Of a DNA stretch of 64,000 nucleotides, positions 29,266 to 39,379 are shown piece by piece; the stretch's first letter is position 1, and each line of letters starts with the position of its first letter. The notes beneath the pieces were generated by a model, which did not search any database, had not been told where the DNA came from, and saw only the letters and a list, made by a program, of their open reading frames with translations. The stretch covers positions 1 through 64,000 of the forward strand of contig JBGQGY010000001.1 in NCBI GenBank assembly GCA_041497675.1, read 5' to 3'. This DNA comes from a bacterium. GTDB taxonomy: Bacteria; Sysuimicrobiota; Sysuimicrobiia; Sysuimicrobiales; Humicultoraceae. Position numbers and translations under genes: made by a program.

Positions 29266-30752
29266 TGGAACGACCTTTCCCGCCGGGGCGCTACCCGGTC
29301 GTTGTCGTCGGGAGCGGTCCGGGCGGTCTGCAGCTGTCCTATTCCCTTCGCCGGCTCGGCGTCGAACACGCCGTGCTCTCGGAGGATCCCGGCCCCGGCG
29401 GCATGTTCCTGCGCTACCCGTTGTTCCAGCGCCTCAACACCTGGTCGAAACCGCATGCGCCTGCGGAGCGCGGCACGCGACCCTACGAGTGGTACGACTG
29501 GAACAGTCTGGTCGGGGACGTGCCCGAGCATCGGTCGACCGTGAGCGAGTCGATGGAGGGCGTCTCGTATTTCCCCGCCCGGATCGAGATGTGCCGCGGC
29601 CTGTCGACGTTCGCAGCGCGGGCGAACATCCAGGTGCGATACGAGTGCCGCTGGGAGGGCACCCGGCGCGAGGACGGAGGGTTCGCGCTGCAGACCTCCG
29701 ATGGGGAATACCGCTGCCGGGTGGCGGTGTTTGCGGTCGGCATGGCCCAGCCGTGGAAGCCGCCCATTCCCGGTCTGGAGGACGCCCCACACTACGTGGA
29801 GACGAAACCGGCCCGCGAGTACGCAGGGAAGCGCGTGTTCATCATCGGGAAGCGGAATTCAGGGTTCGAGATCGCCGATGCGCTGCTCCCGTGGGCGCAA
29901 CGCATCATGCTGGGATCGCCGCGGCCGCCGGTCATCTCGATCTTGCATTCGGGCGCAGGCGTCAAGGCGAAGTACCTCGTGCCCTTCGAGGATCACATCA
30001 TGGGCGGCGGGGTGGCCGTCCTCGATGCGTCGATTGAGCGCGTGCAGCGGGACGGCGCGCTCTGGCGCGTCTTCACGTCGGGCCCGGCGCTTGGGCCGAT
30101 GCCATTTGAGATCGACGACGTGATCGCCGCCACCGGTTTCACGTCGCCACTCGGCGATTTGCCGACGCTGGGCGTGGCGACATTTAATCACGGCCGGTTG
30201 CCACGGCTGACCCACTACTGGGAAAGCGCCACAATGCCCGGGATCTATTTTGCGGGGACGATCACGCAGGCGGCGCCCGGGCTGCGGAAACATGGGGCCG
30301 CCGGCAACTCGGCCGCCGTGGGGGGGTTCCGTCACAACGCGCGCGTCCTGGCGCACCACCTGGCGCGCGAGCACTTCGGCGTCCACGTGCCGGCCGCAAC
30401 GCTGCGGCAGGACGCGGTGGTGCCGTACCTGTTGTCCGAGGTCACGCGGGCGCCGGAGCTGTGGAACCAGCAGGCGTATCTGGCGCGCGTGGTCTGCGTC
30501 GATCGCGAGCGGGGCGTGTTCGACGACGGCATTCAGCCGCTGGCGGCCTTTGTGGACACGCCCGGCCCGGACGCGGTCGCGGTCAGCGTCGAGGTAGACG
30601 CGAAAGGTGAGATGCATCCCGGCGTCTACGTGCGGCGGGACGGGCAGACCAGCGAGCACGTCCTGTCGGGCGATCCGCTGTTGAACTTCGAACGCGACCG
30701 GCATCGCGCTGAGCTGGAGAGCGTGCTGAAGGAGCTCGTCGCGGCCGGCTGA
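29265..30752 (+). CDS. FAD/NAD(P)-dependent oxidoreductase, FOXRED2-like / flavin monooxygenase fold
   Basis: GSGPGG, YDWNSL, IIGKRNSGFE, IAATGF, YFAGT; TGATG coupling to the upstream gene. Confidence 0.85.
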   Translation: MERPFPPGRYPVVVVGSGPGGLQLSYSLRRLGVEHAVLSEDPGPGGMFLRYPLFQRLNTWSKPHAPAERGTRPYEWYDWNSLVGDVPEHRSTVSESMEGVSYFPARIEMCRGLSTFAARANIQVRYECRWEGTRREDGGFALQTSDGEYRCRVAVFAVGMAQPWKPPIPGLEDAPHYVETKPAREYAGKRVFIIGKRNSGFEIADALLPWAQRIMLGSPRPPVISILHSGAGVKAKYLVPFEDHIMGGGVAVLDASIERVQRDGALWRVFTSGPALGPMPFEIDDVIAATGFTSPLGDLPTLGVATFNHGRLPRLTHYWESATMPGIYFAGTITQAAPGLRKHGAAGNSAAVGGFRHNARVLAHHLAREHFGVHVPAATLRQDAVVPYLLSEVTRAPELWNQQAYLARVVCVDRERGVFDDGIQPLAAFVDTPGPDAVAVSVEVDAKGEMHPGVYVRRDGQTSEHVLSGDPLLNFERDRHRAELESVLKELVAAG

Positions 30753-30767
30753 GCGCGCCGGCCGGCG

Positions 30768-31196
30768 CTAGTGGTGGTGGGCTTCGCCCGCACTGCGCAG
30801 CCGCCGCGCCATCTCGCCCAGCATCGCGACGGCGATCTTTGGATTGCGTTCCAGCAGTTGAATGAAATCCCACGAGGCCAGCGCCAGACACACCGTCGGT
30901 TCGATCGCCACGACGTGCGCCATTCGGGGCGACTGATCGAGCACGGAGAGCTCGCCGAAGAAGGCGCCCGGTCCCAGCACGGCCAGCTCGTCGCTGCCAC
31001 GCACGACCCGGGCCCGACCGCGGATAATCAGGTAGAAGCCGGTGCCGATCTGTTTCTGGCGGACGATGTACTGCCCCGGCCCGTACTCGATGACCTCGGC
31101 TTTGGCGGCGATCGCGCCCAGGGCGCGATCCGAGAGGCTCGAAAACAGGGCGACCTTACGGAGGTATTCGACCTTCGCCTTTTTCGTCAGCGTCAT
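30768..31196 (-). CDS. Stand-alone cyclic nucleotide-binding domain protein
   Basis: LFSSL, FYLIIRG, FFGELSVLDQSPRMAHV. Confidence 0.88.
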   Translation of the reverse strand: MTLTKKAKVEYLRKVALFSSLSDRALGAIAAKAEVIEYGPGQYIVRQKQIGTGFYLIIRGRARVVRGSDELAVLGPGAFFGELSVLDQSPRMAHVVAIEPTVCLALASWDFIQLLERNPKIAVAMLGEMARRLRSAGEAHHH

Positions 31197-31232
31197 CGTG
31201 CGACGGCTTCGACGGGATGAAGGACGGTCCTG

Positions 31233-31790
31233 CTATTTTGAGAGATCACCCGGTGTGAATGAATGCAGCACGCGGTCGCACACCTTCTGCCGGTCCCGCC
31301 ACGCGTTCAGGGGCGCCGCGCACACGACGTAGTGCAGGCGTTGCGGACCTGTGATGAGGACGCCCACGGACGCCCATTCACGGCCGCGCGTCGACCCGGT
31401 TAGCTCAAATCGATACCAGGCCACCTGGTCGGTACTCGCGTCCGTCCGCTGGAACCCGGAGACGCCGTGCATGGGGAGGAGCGACATCGCGAGGCGCCGC
31501 ACCTCGTTCTCGGGCAGCGGCCCCGGTTCGGGGCGCGTCATGATCACGATGAATTCTGTCGCGGTGGTCTCCGGGGTCTCGCCCGGCGGCGCAGGGTTCG
31601 GGAGGAACCAGATTCGCCGGCCGTCGTCGGTCTCAATGGTGTGCCATGCGCCTGGGCGTTCAAGCGAAAAGCCGTGCCGATCGCTCGCGTACCGCTGGAG
31701 GGCATCGGTGCGTGCCGTTCGCCCACAGCCGGCGGCAATGATCACTGCCATGAGGAGGAGGAGGGCGGCGAGGGCGGGCACACGGCTCAC
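31233..31790 (-). CDS. Putative lipoprotein (PsbP-like fold possible)
   Basis: Signal peptide with IAAGC lipobox; YASDRHGFSLERPGAW. Confidence 0.65.
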   Translation of the reverse strand: MSRVPALAALLLLMAVIIAAGCGRTARTDALQRYASDRHGFSLERPGAWHTIETDDGRRIWFLPNPAPPGETPETTATEFIVIMTRPEPGPLPENEVRRLAMSLLPMHGVSGFQRTDASTDQVAWYRFELTGSTRGREWASVGVLITGPQRLHYVVCAAPLNAWRDRQKVCDRVLHSFTPGDLSK

Positions 31791-31877
31791 AGCCCGTGGT
31801 CTACGCCACGGCGAAGCCCGGCGCCTGCTTGCCTGTCCGCCGGCAGCGCGCGATGATGACGGCGGGGGGAATCCGAG

Positions 31878-32537
31878 ATGACCGAGGTCCGAGTCGATGT
31901 CACCGCCGCGCCGCACCTGCGCGCGGCGGTGGTGGAGGCCGAGGGCGTCACCGTGACCCAGCACGATGCGGCGCTCCGGGCAGAGATCGACGAGGTCACC
32001 GCGCGTGTACGATCCGCGTACGCCGGCCGCCAGCCATCCGAGATCGCCGGTCTGCGGCCTGCGCGAGACCTGTACCATCGCGTCGGGGTCGATCCCACGA
32101 AGCTCCGGCCGTCGTCGGAGGCACTGCTGCGGCGCGTGCTGCGCGGCGATGGGCTGCCGGTCATCAACTCGCTGGTAGACATCAACAATCTGTGCTCGCT
32201 GGAGTTCCTGCTGCCCATCGGTCTGCACGATCTCGACGCGGCCCGCGGGGGACTGGTGCTGCGTGTGGGGCGCGCAGGCGAAGGTTACGACGCGATCGGG
32301 AAGGGCGCATACAGCGTCGAAGGGCGCATCACCGCGGCCGACGATGTGGGACCGTGTGGCAGCCCGACCAGCGACTCGCAGCGAACGATGATCACGTTGA
32401 CGACGCGGCGGTGTCTGATGATCATCTACGCGCCGCTGGGCCACCCGACCGCAGCGCTCGAGGCGCACGCTGCGACGGCGGCGGCGAGGATCATGCGGTT
32501 CGCCGGCGGGGCGATCCTCCAAGCCCGGGTATTGTGA
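31878..32537 (+). CDS. Stand-alone B3/B4 domain protein (PheRS beta-like tRNA editing domain)
   Basis: GVDPTKLRPSSEALLRR, INSLVDINN, PIGLHDLD, GSPTSDS. Confidence 0.88.
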   Translation: MTEVRVDVTAAPHLRAAVVEAEGVTVTQHDAALRAEIDEVTARVRSAYAGRQPSEIAGLRPARDLYHRVGVDPTKLRPSSEALLRRVLRGDGLPVINSLVDINNLCSLEFLLPIGLHDLDAARGGLVLRVGRAGEGYDAIGKGAYSVEGRITAADDVGPCGSPTSDSQRTMITLTTRRCLMIIYAPLGHPTAALEAHAATAAARIMRFAGGAILQARVL

Positions 32538-32540
32538 GGA

Positions 32541-33383
32541 TCACGCTTTCCACTTGATGCTGCAACCTTTTGGCGGCGTCGCCGACGTCGCCGGGTCGCG
32601 CCCCGACAGCAGGGCGTCAACGGCGTCCCGCAGGTAGCGATGGGTGACCGCGGCTGGGTCTTCCATGTTGTCGTCCGGCGCGCCGTGGTAGCGCAGCACA
32701 CGCTCGCGGTCGAACAGAAAGATTTCGGGTGTGCGGGTGGCGCCGAACGTCTTCGCCACTTCTTGAGTTTCGTCGAACAGATAGGGGAACGGGTAGGCTT
32801 TCTCCCTCGCGCGTGTCTGCATGGCCGGGAACGAATCATCCGGGAAGGCCACCGGGTCGTTGCTGCTGATCATGACGAACCGGACGCCGCGGCCCGCGTA
32901 TTCACGTTGCAGGGCGATCATCCGATCCTCCCACGCTTTCACGTAGGGGCAATGATTGCACCAGAACACCACGCCCAGGACAGGGGCGGCGGCAAGCTGT
33001 TCCGAGGATACGGTCGAGCCGTCCGTGGCGGGAAGGCTGAATGACAGGAGCCGTTCGCGGAGTCCCAGTGGCATCATGATCCTCCTGAGCGCCTGCCGGA
33101 TCATCACGACCGTCGGCAGTGGGGAGAGGCGGTCGGCCTCAGTGCGGTACGTCCGGCAGGTCAACATGGCCGAACCCTGCACGCCCTCCGGCTGCAGGTC
33201 GATGCCGTCGAAGCGGATCGTCGGCGATCCCGGAAACCGATGACGATCGGCGTCGGCCTGTGAGTCGACGCGGATGACCTCGACGGCATCATCGACGCCT
33301 TCCGCGCGCAGCACGTCACGGAGCCGCGCCAGGGCCTCCGGATGTGAAGGACAATCTTGCCAGTACAGGAATTCAATCTTCAT
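32541..33383 (-). CDS. Double thioredoxin-fold fusion (CPSH/CRTY domain plus AhpC/TSA-like WCNHCPYV domain)
   Basis: MKIEFLYWQDCPSH...FPGSPTI...CRTY followed by CNHCPYV...TPEIFLFD...GCSIKW. Confidence 0.85.
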   Translation of the reverse strand: MKIEFLYWQDCPSHPEALARLRDVLRAEGVDDAVEVIRVDSQADADRHRFPGSPTIRFDGIDLQPEGVQGSAMLTCRTYRTEADRLSPLPTVVMIRQALRRIMMPLGLRERLLSFSLPATDGSTVSSEQLAAAPVLGVVFWCNHCPYVKAWEDRMIALQREYAGRGVRFVMISSNDPVAFPDDSFPAMQTRAREKAYPFPYLFDETQEVAKTFGATRTPEIFLFDRERVLRYHGAPDDNMEDPAAVTHRYLRDAVDALLSGRDPATSATPPKGCSIKWKA

Positions 33384-33491
33384 GATGCGGGCCTCGTTCT
33401 CCCGCTGCCTGTACAACGGTCGGCAACCCCGCTCGTCTTCCCACTCTCGACTCCTGCGGGTGGGGCGGTAGGAGGCACGCGCATCGCGACA

Positions 33492-33719
33492 GTGACCAGC
33501 CGCTTCCTCAGGGTCGTGGTGACCACGCACTACCAGCCTCGGACCGATGTCGAGCGCTGGCAGATTCAGGATCGGGTGGTCTTGCGTCTGGAGCGGCTGG
33601 GATATGAGGGGCGACCGCGGTTCTTCGAGGCCTCGGGCGGCCGTCTGGCGTTCCGCGTATGGCTCGGCCTGAAGCCCTCCCCCGATATCCTCAGAAGACT
33701 CCAGACGATCGACCAATGA
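33492..33719 (+). CDS. Small hypothetical protein
   Basis: Open frame whose stop overlaps the next ATG (ATGA); start codon uncertain. Confidence 0.45.
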   Translation: MTSRFLRVVVTTHYQPRTDVERWQIQDRVVLRLERLGYEGRPRFFEASGGRLAFRVWLGLKPSPDILRRLQTIDQ

Positions 33720-34009
33720 CTGCCGCGCCCTCACCGCTCGAAGGACTGTTGGGTCTGGCCGGCGCCGTGCTGGTCTTTGCGGCCTGCGCCGCCGTAGGCG
33801 GCCTAGCCGCCGCATTCGCCACGGCCAGGCCGCGGCTGCGGGGGCCAAGGCGTCTGGTGGTCTACGGCGTGCTCTGCGGTGTGTTCCTCGCGATGGGGAT
33901 CGCGCTGACACGCAGCGAGGCGCGCGCCGTGGTCTGTGGATTCGCCATTCTGCCGTTCGTCGTGGGGTTCGTGATGGCGCGCGTTGATCTCCGCCGGCAG
34001 GCGGGGTGA
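33716..34009 (+). CDS. Small membrane protein (about 3 TM)
   Basis: Hydrophobic ORF, translationally coupled to the upstream ORF. Confidence 0.6.
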   Translation: MTAAPSPLEGLLGLAGAVLVFAACAAVGGLAAAFATARPRLRGPRRLVVYGVLCGVFLAMGIALTRSEARAVVCGFAILPFVVGFVMARVDLRRQAG

Positions 34010-34013
34010 GCCG

Positions 34014-34814
34014 CTATCGCGGCTGGCAGTTGAGGCAGTGGTTGGTGACTTGAAGCACCATTGTGCCGTAGACCCGGCCCAGACCGGCGATCTCGCTCGT
34101 CCCATTACTGGTGACCTCGCGCCAGAACGGCCGTCCCTCGATCGTGACAAACGTCAACCGGCTGCCGACCTGGCCCCAGTCGTAGAACAGCGTGATCTGA
34201 TGGACAACACCGGTGTCGTCGACGACGGTCCTCATGGCGTACGGCGGACCCGGTCGCACGATCTGCTGACGCTGGCTTGGGGCGAAGAGCCACTTGGCGA
34301 ACGCGCGCCGTGCCGTCTGGTCCTTGAGCAGCGCCTGCTGGTGATATTTCGTCATGATCTCGGTAATGATGTCCTGGCGCACGGCGCCGAGCACGTACCT
34401 GCCGTCGTTGCGATCCTCTTGGAGAAAGATGTCCAGCGTGGGCACGAACTCGGCCACCCTCTGCTCGTTTTCGATGATACTGGTCAGGATGGATCGGACG
34501 GCTCCGGAAAACGGCCGGACCAGAAAGGGGAGGTCGAGCCGGGTGATGGTGGCTTTCCGTATCCGTGGCTGTCCGTTGGCCGATCGCGACTCGAAGAGCG
34601 TGCCCACAGCGTGCACAGGAACCTGCCCGGTGGACAACGCCATGTTCAAGCGAGCCGTGAAGTCTGCCGTGAGCGTGTACGGGAGGGTGTTGGGCTCGGT
34701 GATGACCTTGGCCAGCAGGCTGTCGACGGTGACGTCTTGGGCCCCTGCCACGCCGACACACACGAGCACACAGACACACAACATCATCGCCTTCCGGCAG
34801 GCGACGGTGCACAT
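34014..34814 (-). CDS. Secreted hypothetical protein with C-terminal CxxC
   Basis: Signal peptide ending AGA|Q; ends NHCLNCQPR; start codon uncertain. Confidence 0.7.
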   Translation of the reverse strand: MCTVACRKAMMLCVCVLVCVGVAGAQDVTVDSLLAKVITEPNTLPYTLTADFTARLNMALSTGQVPVHAVGTLFESRSANGQPRIRKATITRLDLPFLVRPFSGAVRSILTSIIENEQRVAEFVPTLDIFLQEDRNDGRYVLGAVRQDIITEIMTKYHQQALLKDQTARRAFAKWLFAPSQRQQIVRPGPPYAMRTVVDDTGVVHQITLFYDWGQVGSRLTFVTIEGRPFWREVTSNGTSEIAGLGRVYGTMVLQVTNHCLNCQPR

Positions 34815-34917
34815 AATAGAGCTATTATAGCGCACCCACCGTAGGGGGGAAGGGAGGGCGCGCCGCGACCTGGGCATAACATGGAGTGACCGGTCGGGGG
34901 CGCGAAGGGCGGCCAAC

Positions 34918-35724
34918 ATGCGGTACACGGATGCCGATCTGAGGTTTCTGGCGCTGGCGCTGTGGCGAGACGACCCGGCGGCCGCGGAGGAACGACTGCG
35001 GGAATGGCGCGCCGGGCCACAAGCCGTGGACGCCTGCCTGGATGACGAACGGGTCTTCAACGCGCTGACCGCCGACGATCGCGCGGTCATCGCGTTGTCA
35101 CCGCGCTTCCTGTTTACCCTGCTGCTGCGCCGGATCCGGCGAGACTTGGCGTCGATTCCGTACACGGTGGAACGGATTGAACGGGATGGCCGACTGGTCG
35201 TGTTCGATGCGGGAATCGTCCACCACATGCTCGAGAACGATGACATCTTCGCCTATCTGGTCGAACTGCTCGTATCGTTCGAGCGGGCGGAGACCCTGAC
35301 GGTCCGGCGGGCCACCCCGCCGGGAGGGTTGAGGCGTCTGTCGACCATGAGCATCGAAGACATGGTCGAACTGGCCGGGTTGGTCGATCAACCGCTCCGC
35401 CCGATGGTCTTCCGCCGGATCGGCGACATCGCATTGTTCACCACCTCGCTCTTCCCCGATGCGTTGCAGCACGGCCGGCGTCCGGCGGCGACCTCGGCGT
35501 ACGCGCGGCCACCGATACGCCGGTGGCGTCTGGAAGACTACGAGGAGGAAGGACGCACATTCTATCGGCTCGCCTCAGAAAACCTGCAGTCGAGCCAACC
35601 GGGGCTTGCCCGCGTTCTCGCGCGGCTTGCCTCCGACTTCGCGCTCGCCCGCAAACCGCTTCACGTGCTGAGTGAACGGTATATGGTCTGGGCGCGTCCG
35701 CACTGGCGGCAGACGCCCTCCTAA
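34918..35724 (+). CDS. Conserved-looking hypothetical protein
   Basis: RRIGDIALF..LFPD and YEEEGRTFY segments; typical high-GC codon usage. Confidence 0.7.
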   Translation: MRYTDADLRFLALALWRDDPAAAEERLREWRAGPQAVDACLDDERVFNALTADDRAVIALSPRFLFTLLLRRIRRDLASIPYTVERIERDGRLVVFDAGIVHHMLENDDIFAYLVELLVSFERAETLTVRRATPPGGLRRLSTMSIEDMVELAGLVDQPLRPMVFRRIGDIALFTTSLFPDALQHGRRPAATSAYARPPIRRWRLEDYEEEGRTFYRLASENLQSSQPGLARVLARLASDFALARKPLHVLSERYMVWARPHWRQTPS

Positions 35725-35763
35725 CGCCCCCTCATCCGCACAAGTCGTGCCGGCGGTGGTACG

Positions 35764-37134
35764 ATGTCGCCGATGCTCAAACGCGATGACAGGATCGTGG
35801 TGGCCGTTGAGCGGCTGGCCTACGGCGGGCGTGGGGTCGCCCGGGTCAACGGCCAGGTCGTCTTCATCGTCGGCGCTGCGCCGGGTGACGTCGTTCGCGC
35901 ACGGGTGACGCGGGCCCGGCGATCGTACGCGGAGGCCGATGCCGACGCGATCGAACGTGCTTCCGCGGATCGGGTGACCCCGCGGTGTCCCCACTTTGGA
36001 ACCTGCGGCGGGTGCGGGTGGCAGCACATCGCCTATCCGGCCCAAGCGGCCGCAAAGGAAGAGTTCATCCGCGAGGCCCTGAGGCACCTCGGCGGCATCT
36101 CGGACGCCACTGTGCGCCCTATTGTTGGCGCGACCGATCCCTGGTACTACCGGAACAAGATGGAGTTTTCGTTTCACCCCGAGGGCACGCTGGGGTTGCA
36201 CCGGCGTGGGGAGTGGAACCGGATCGTGCCGGTGGAGTCCTGCTACCTGCAGTCTGATACGTCGATTGCGCTGGTACGGGCCGTGCGCGCGTTTGCGCGG
36301 CAGTCGGGGCTGCCGCCGTACGATCCAAGCACGCGCACAGGCTTTCTGCGCTCGTTGGTGATCCGCGAGGGACGCGCGACCGGCGACCGTCTGGTGGGCC
36401 TGCTGACCGGACCCGGCGCATTTCCCGCGGCCCAGGCGTTCATCGATGTCGTGCGGCAGGCCGCCCCAGACGTGACCGGGATCATCCGCGGCATCGTGGC
36501 CGGCGCATCAGACGGTGCGCCGATCACCGACATGGAGTCGCTCGAGGGACGCCCATTTCTTGAGGACGTCTTGGCCGGACTTCGGTTTCGGATCGGTCTC
36601 GATGCGTTCTTCCAGACGAACACGGTCCAGGCGGGCGCCATGGTCGAGTACGTGGTGCAGCGGGCGGAGCCGCTCGCGGGGCAGCCGGCGATCGACCTGT
36701 ACTGCGGCGTCGGGACGTTCTCGCTGGCGCTGGGGCGCGCGGGCGCCCGCGTGACGGGTATCGAGGTGGTCCAGGCTTCGATCGACGCGGCGAGGATGAA
36801 CGCCGACCTCAACGGGCTCGGCGGCCTGACGTTCATCAGCGGCGATGCGCGCGTCGCGCTGCCGGCCGCCGCGGCGCCGGTCGGGACGCCCGCGGTGCTC
36901 GTGCTGGATCCGCCCAGGGGCGGGGCCGGCGGCAAGGTGATGCGGAAGATCGGGCGCACCGGCGCCCGGCGCGTCATCTACGTCTCGTGCAACCCGACGA
37001 CGCTGGCGCCCGACCTGCGGGAATTACTGCCTTTTGGCTATCGTCTGATCGATGTGCAACCGTTCGATCTGTTTCCACACACCTATCACGTCGAGGCCGT
37101 CGCGGTCCTCGATCGGCAGGAGGGGACGACGTGA
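35764..37134 (+). CDS. rlmD: 23S rRNA (uracil-C5)-methyltransferase RlmD
   Basis: TRAM domain, CPHFGTCGGC, FFQTN, DLYCGVG, LDPPRGG, YVSCNP, DLFPHTYHVE. Confidence 0.93.
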   Translation: MSPMLKRDDRIVVAVERLAYGGRGVARVNGQVVFIVGAAPGDVVRARVTRARRSYAEADADAIERASADRVTPRCPHFGTCGGCGWQHIAYPAQAAAKEEFIREALRHLGGISDATVRPIVGATDPWYYRNKMEFSFHPEGTLGLHRRGEWNRIVPVESCYLQSDTSIALVRAVRAFARQSGLPPYDPSTRTGFLRSLVIREGRATGDRLVGLLTGPGAFPAAQAFIDVVRQAAPDVTGIIRGIVAGASDGAPITDMESLEGRPFLEDVLAGLRFRIGLDAFFQTNTVQAGAMVEYVVQRAEPLAGQPAIDLYCGVGTFSLALGRAGARVTGIEVVQASIDAARMNADLNGLGGLTFISGDARVALPAAAAPVGTPAVLVLDPPRGGAGGKVMRKIGRTGARRVIYVSCNPTTLAPDLRELLPFGYRLIDVQPFDLFPHTYHVEAVAVLDRQEGTT

Positions 37135-37694
37135 GCGTCATCCAGGCGATCAAGACACGGCGAAGTACTCCGAAGCTGCGGCCCGATCCGGTGCCGCGCG
37201 AGGCGCTGGAGCAGATGCTCGAGGCGGCGGTCTGGGCGCCCAACCACCGGCTGACGGAGCCGTGGCGGTTCTACGTGATCACGAGTGAAGATGCCAAGCG
37301 GCGGTTCGCGGAGATCCGCCGTCGGCTCCGCGCGTCGGCATTCCCGAATCCTGATGCGCCGGAGGCGCAGAAGGCGCTGGAGCGGATCACACAGGACACG
37401 ATGGCCACGCCCGCGCTGATCGTGGTGACCGTCCATCAGGCGGAGAATGAAGAGCAGCGGGAAGAGGACGTTGCCGCGACGTTCATGGCGATCCAGAACC
37501 TGATGCTGGCCGGCGTCGAGTTGAGCGTCGGCACCTACATGCGCACCGGCCCGATCATGCGCGACCCGGATCTACGCGCTCTGTTGAAGGTGGAAGACGA
37601 CCGGCGCATCGTCGCCATCATCCACGCCGGTCACACGTCGGACGTCCCGCAGAAGCGGCGTACGCCGGCGGCCGAAAAGACGGTCTGGTTGTAA
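37131..37694 (+). CDS. Nitroreductase family protein
   Basis: IKTRRS, WAPNHRLTEPWRF, AIQNLML. Confidence 0.9.
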   Translation: MSVIQAIKTRRSTPKLRPDPVPREALEQMLEAAVWAPNHRLTEPWRFYVITSEDAKRRFAEIRRRLRASAFPNPDAPEAQKALERITQDTMATPALIVVTVHQAENEEQREEDVAATFMAIQNLMLAGVELSVGTYMRTGPIMRDPDLRALLKVEDDRRIVAIIHAGHTSDVPQKRRTPAAEKTVWL

Positions 37695-37703
37695 GGTGAT
37701 CGA

Positions 37704-38279
37704 CTAGCGCGGCGGGGTCGACACGATCCAGCGGCCGTAGAACTCCTCGTCGGTCATCTGGCTCTTGAGCCACCGGTCGACCTCCGGGACCGTGACGGCG
37801 ACGGTGGCGGCGATCCGACCGCTCGGCAATGCGACGCGCACGGTGATCGTATCGAGGGCCAGCTGAGGGTTCGCGCCGGGGCCGAGGATCCGCACGATCT
37901 CCGGCCGCAGCGACACCAGACGCCCGTCGGTCGTGGTGCGATAGAGGATATCGGCGCGGCGGGCGCCGCCGCGGGCGCGACGGTCGGTGATGGCCAGCCC
38001 GAGGATCTTGAACCCCTGACCCTCAAGCGCCTTCTTGTAGGTCGTCGACAGCTCGCGGTCGAGCTCGGGTTCATGCGACGAGGACGCCTGCGGGGCCGGC
38101 GGTGAGGTGGGCGCGCCCGGCGCCCGCGGAACGGCCGGCGACGCCGAGGGCCGGCCGCGATTGATGAGCGGCGACAGATCGGGTGAACCCGGCGTCTTGA
38201 TGAAGCGCTGATAGCCGACGACGGCGACGACCACCACCGCCAGTGCCACAACGATCCGCGTGCTCCAATTCACAGCCAT
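37704..38279 (-). CDS. Membrane-anchored hypothetical protein with Pro-rich linker
   Basis: N-terminal TM, Pro/Ala linker, globular C-terminus. Confidence 0.65.
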   Translation of the reverse strand: MAVNWSTRIVVALAVVVVAVVGYQRFIKTPGSPDLSPLINRGRPSASPAVPRAPGAPTSPPAPQASSSHEPELDRELSTTYKKALEGQGFKILGLAITDRRARGGARRADILYRTTTDGRLVSLRPEIVRILGPGANPQLALDTITVRVALPSGRIAATVAVTVPEVDRWLKSQMTDEEFYGRWIVSTPPR

Positions 38280-38362
38280 AGATGTTCGGCGTGACCCTGA
38301 CGCGTTCCTCACCGCCGACGGTACGGGCAGGAGGCCCGGTGGGCGCCGCGAAGGTTTGCGGA

Positions 38363-39379
38363 ATGCCGCGACCCCGCGTCTACGTTGCCCGCCGGATCCC
38401 CGGGCCCGGTCTCGAGCTGGTGCGCCGTGAGGCGGACGTCGCCGTCTGGCCGACCGACGAAGTGCCTCCGCCGCGCGACGTATTGATACAGGAAGCCGCC
38501 GCCTCCGACGGGATCATCTCGCTGCTCACGGACCGCATCGACGGTCAGTTGCTCGACGCCGCGCCGCGGCTGCGGGTCGTCAGCAACTACGCCGTGGGGT
38601 TTGACAACATCGACGTCGGCGCGGCCACCTCTCGTGGCGTCGTGATCACCAACACGCCGGGCGTCCTGACCGAGACGGTGGCCGATTTCACCATGGCGCT
38701 GATGCTCGCCACGGCACGTCGCGTCGTGGAGGGCGACAAGTTTACGCGCGCCGGCCGCTGGAAGAGCTGGGAGCCGATGCTGCTGCTCGGGCCGGACGTC
38801 TACGGGGCCACCCTCGGTCTGGTGGGGTTTGGCCGCATCGGCGCGTCGGTCGCGCGCCGCGCACGCGGGTTTGGCATGCGGATTCTCTACTATGACGTCG
38901 TTCGCCGCCAGGATCTGGAATCCGAACTCGGGATCGAGTTCGCGTCGTTCGAGGACGTCCTGCGGCAGGCCGACTTTGTCAGCGTGCACACGCCGCTGAC
39001 GCCGGAGACCCGGCATCTGATCAGCGGGCCGCAGTTCCGTCTCATGAAGAAGACCGCCGTGCTCGTCAATACTGCGCGGGGACCGATCGTCGACCCCGAC
39101 GCCCTCTACCAGGCCCTGTCGTCCGGGCAGATCTGGGGGGCGGGTCTCGATGTGTTCGAGGTCGAGCCGGTGCCCAAGGATCACCCGCTGCTGACCCTTG
39201 AGAACATCATTGTGGTCCCACACATCGCGAGTGCGAGCGTCGAGACGCGCACCAAGATGGCGAACATGGCGGTCGAGAACCTGCTCGCGGCGCTCGCCGG
39301 CCGCAAGCCGCCACACCTGGTGAACCCCGACGTCTGGGACCGGCGGCGTGGCGTGGGAGAGAGGAGCCACGACGGATGA
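38363..39379 (+). CDS. D-glycerate dehydrogenase / glyoxylate reductase
   Basis: [38 protein letters not shown]. Confidence 0.9.
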   Translation: MPRPRVYVARRIPGPGLELVRREADVAVWPTDEVPPPRDVLIQEAAASDGIISLLTDRIDGQLLDAAPRLRVVSNYAVGFDNIDVGAATSRGVVITNTPGVLTETVADFTMALMLATARRVVEGDKFTRAGRWKSWEPMLLLGPDVYGATLGLVGFGRIGASVARRARGFGMRILYYDVVRRQDLESELGIEFASFEDVLRQADFVSVHTPLTPETRHLISGPQFRLMKKTAVLVNTARGPIVDPDALYQALSSGQIWGAGLDVFEVEPVPKDHPLLTLENIIVVPHIASASVETRTKMANMAVENLLAALAGRKPPHLVNPDVWDRRRGVGERSHDG

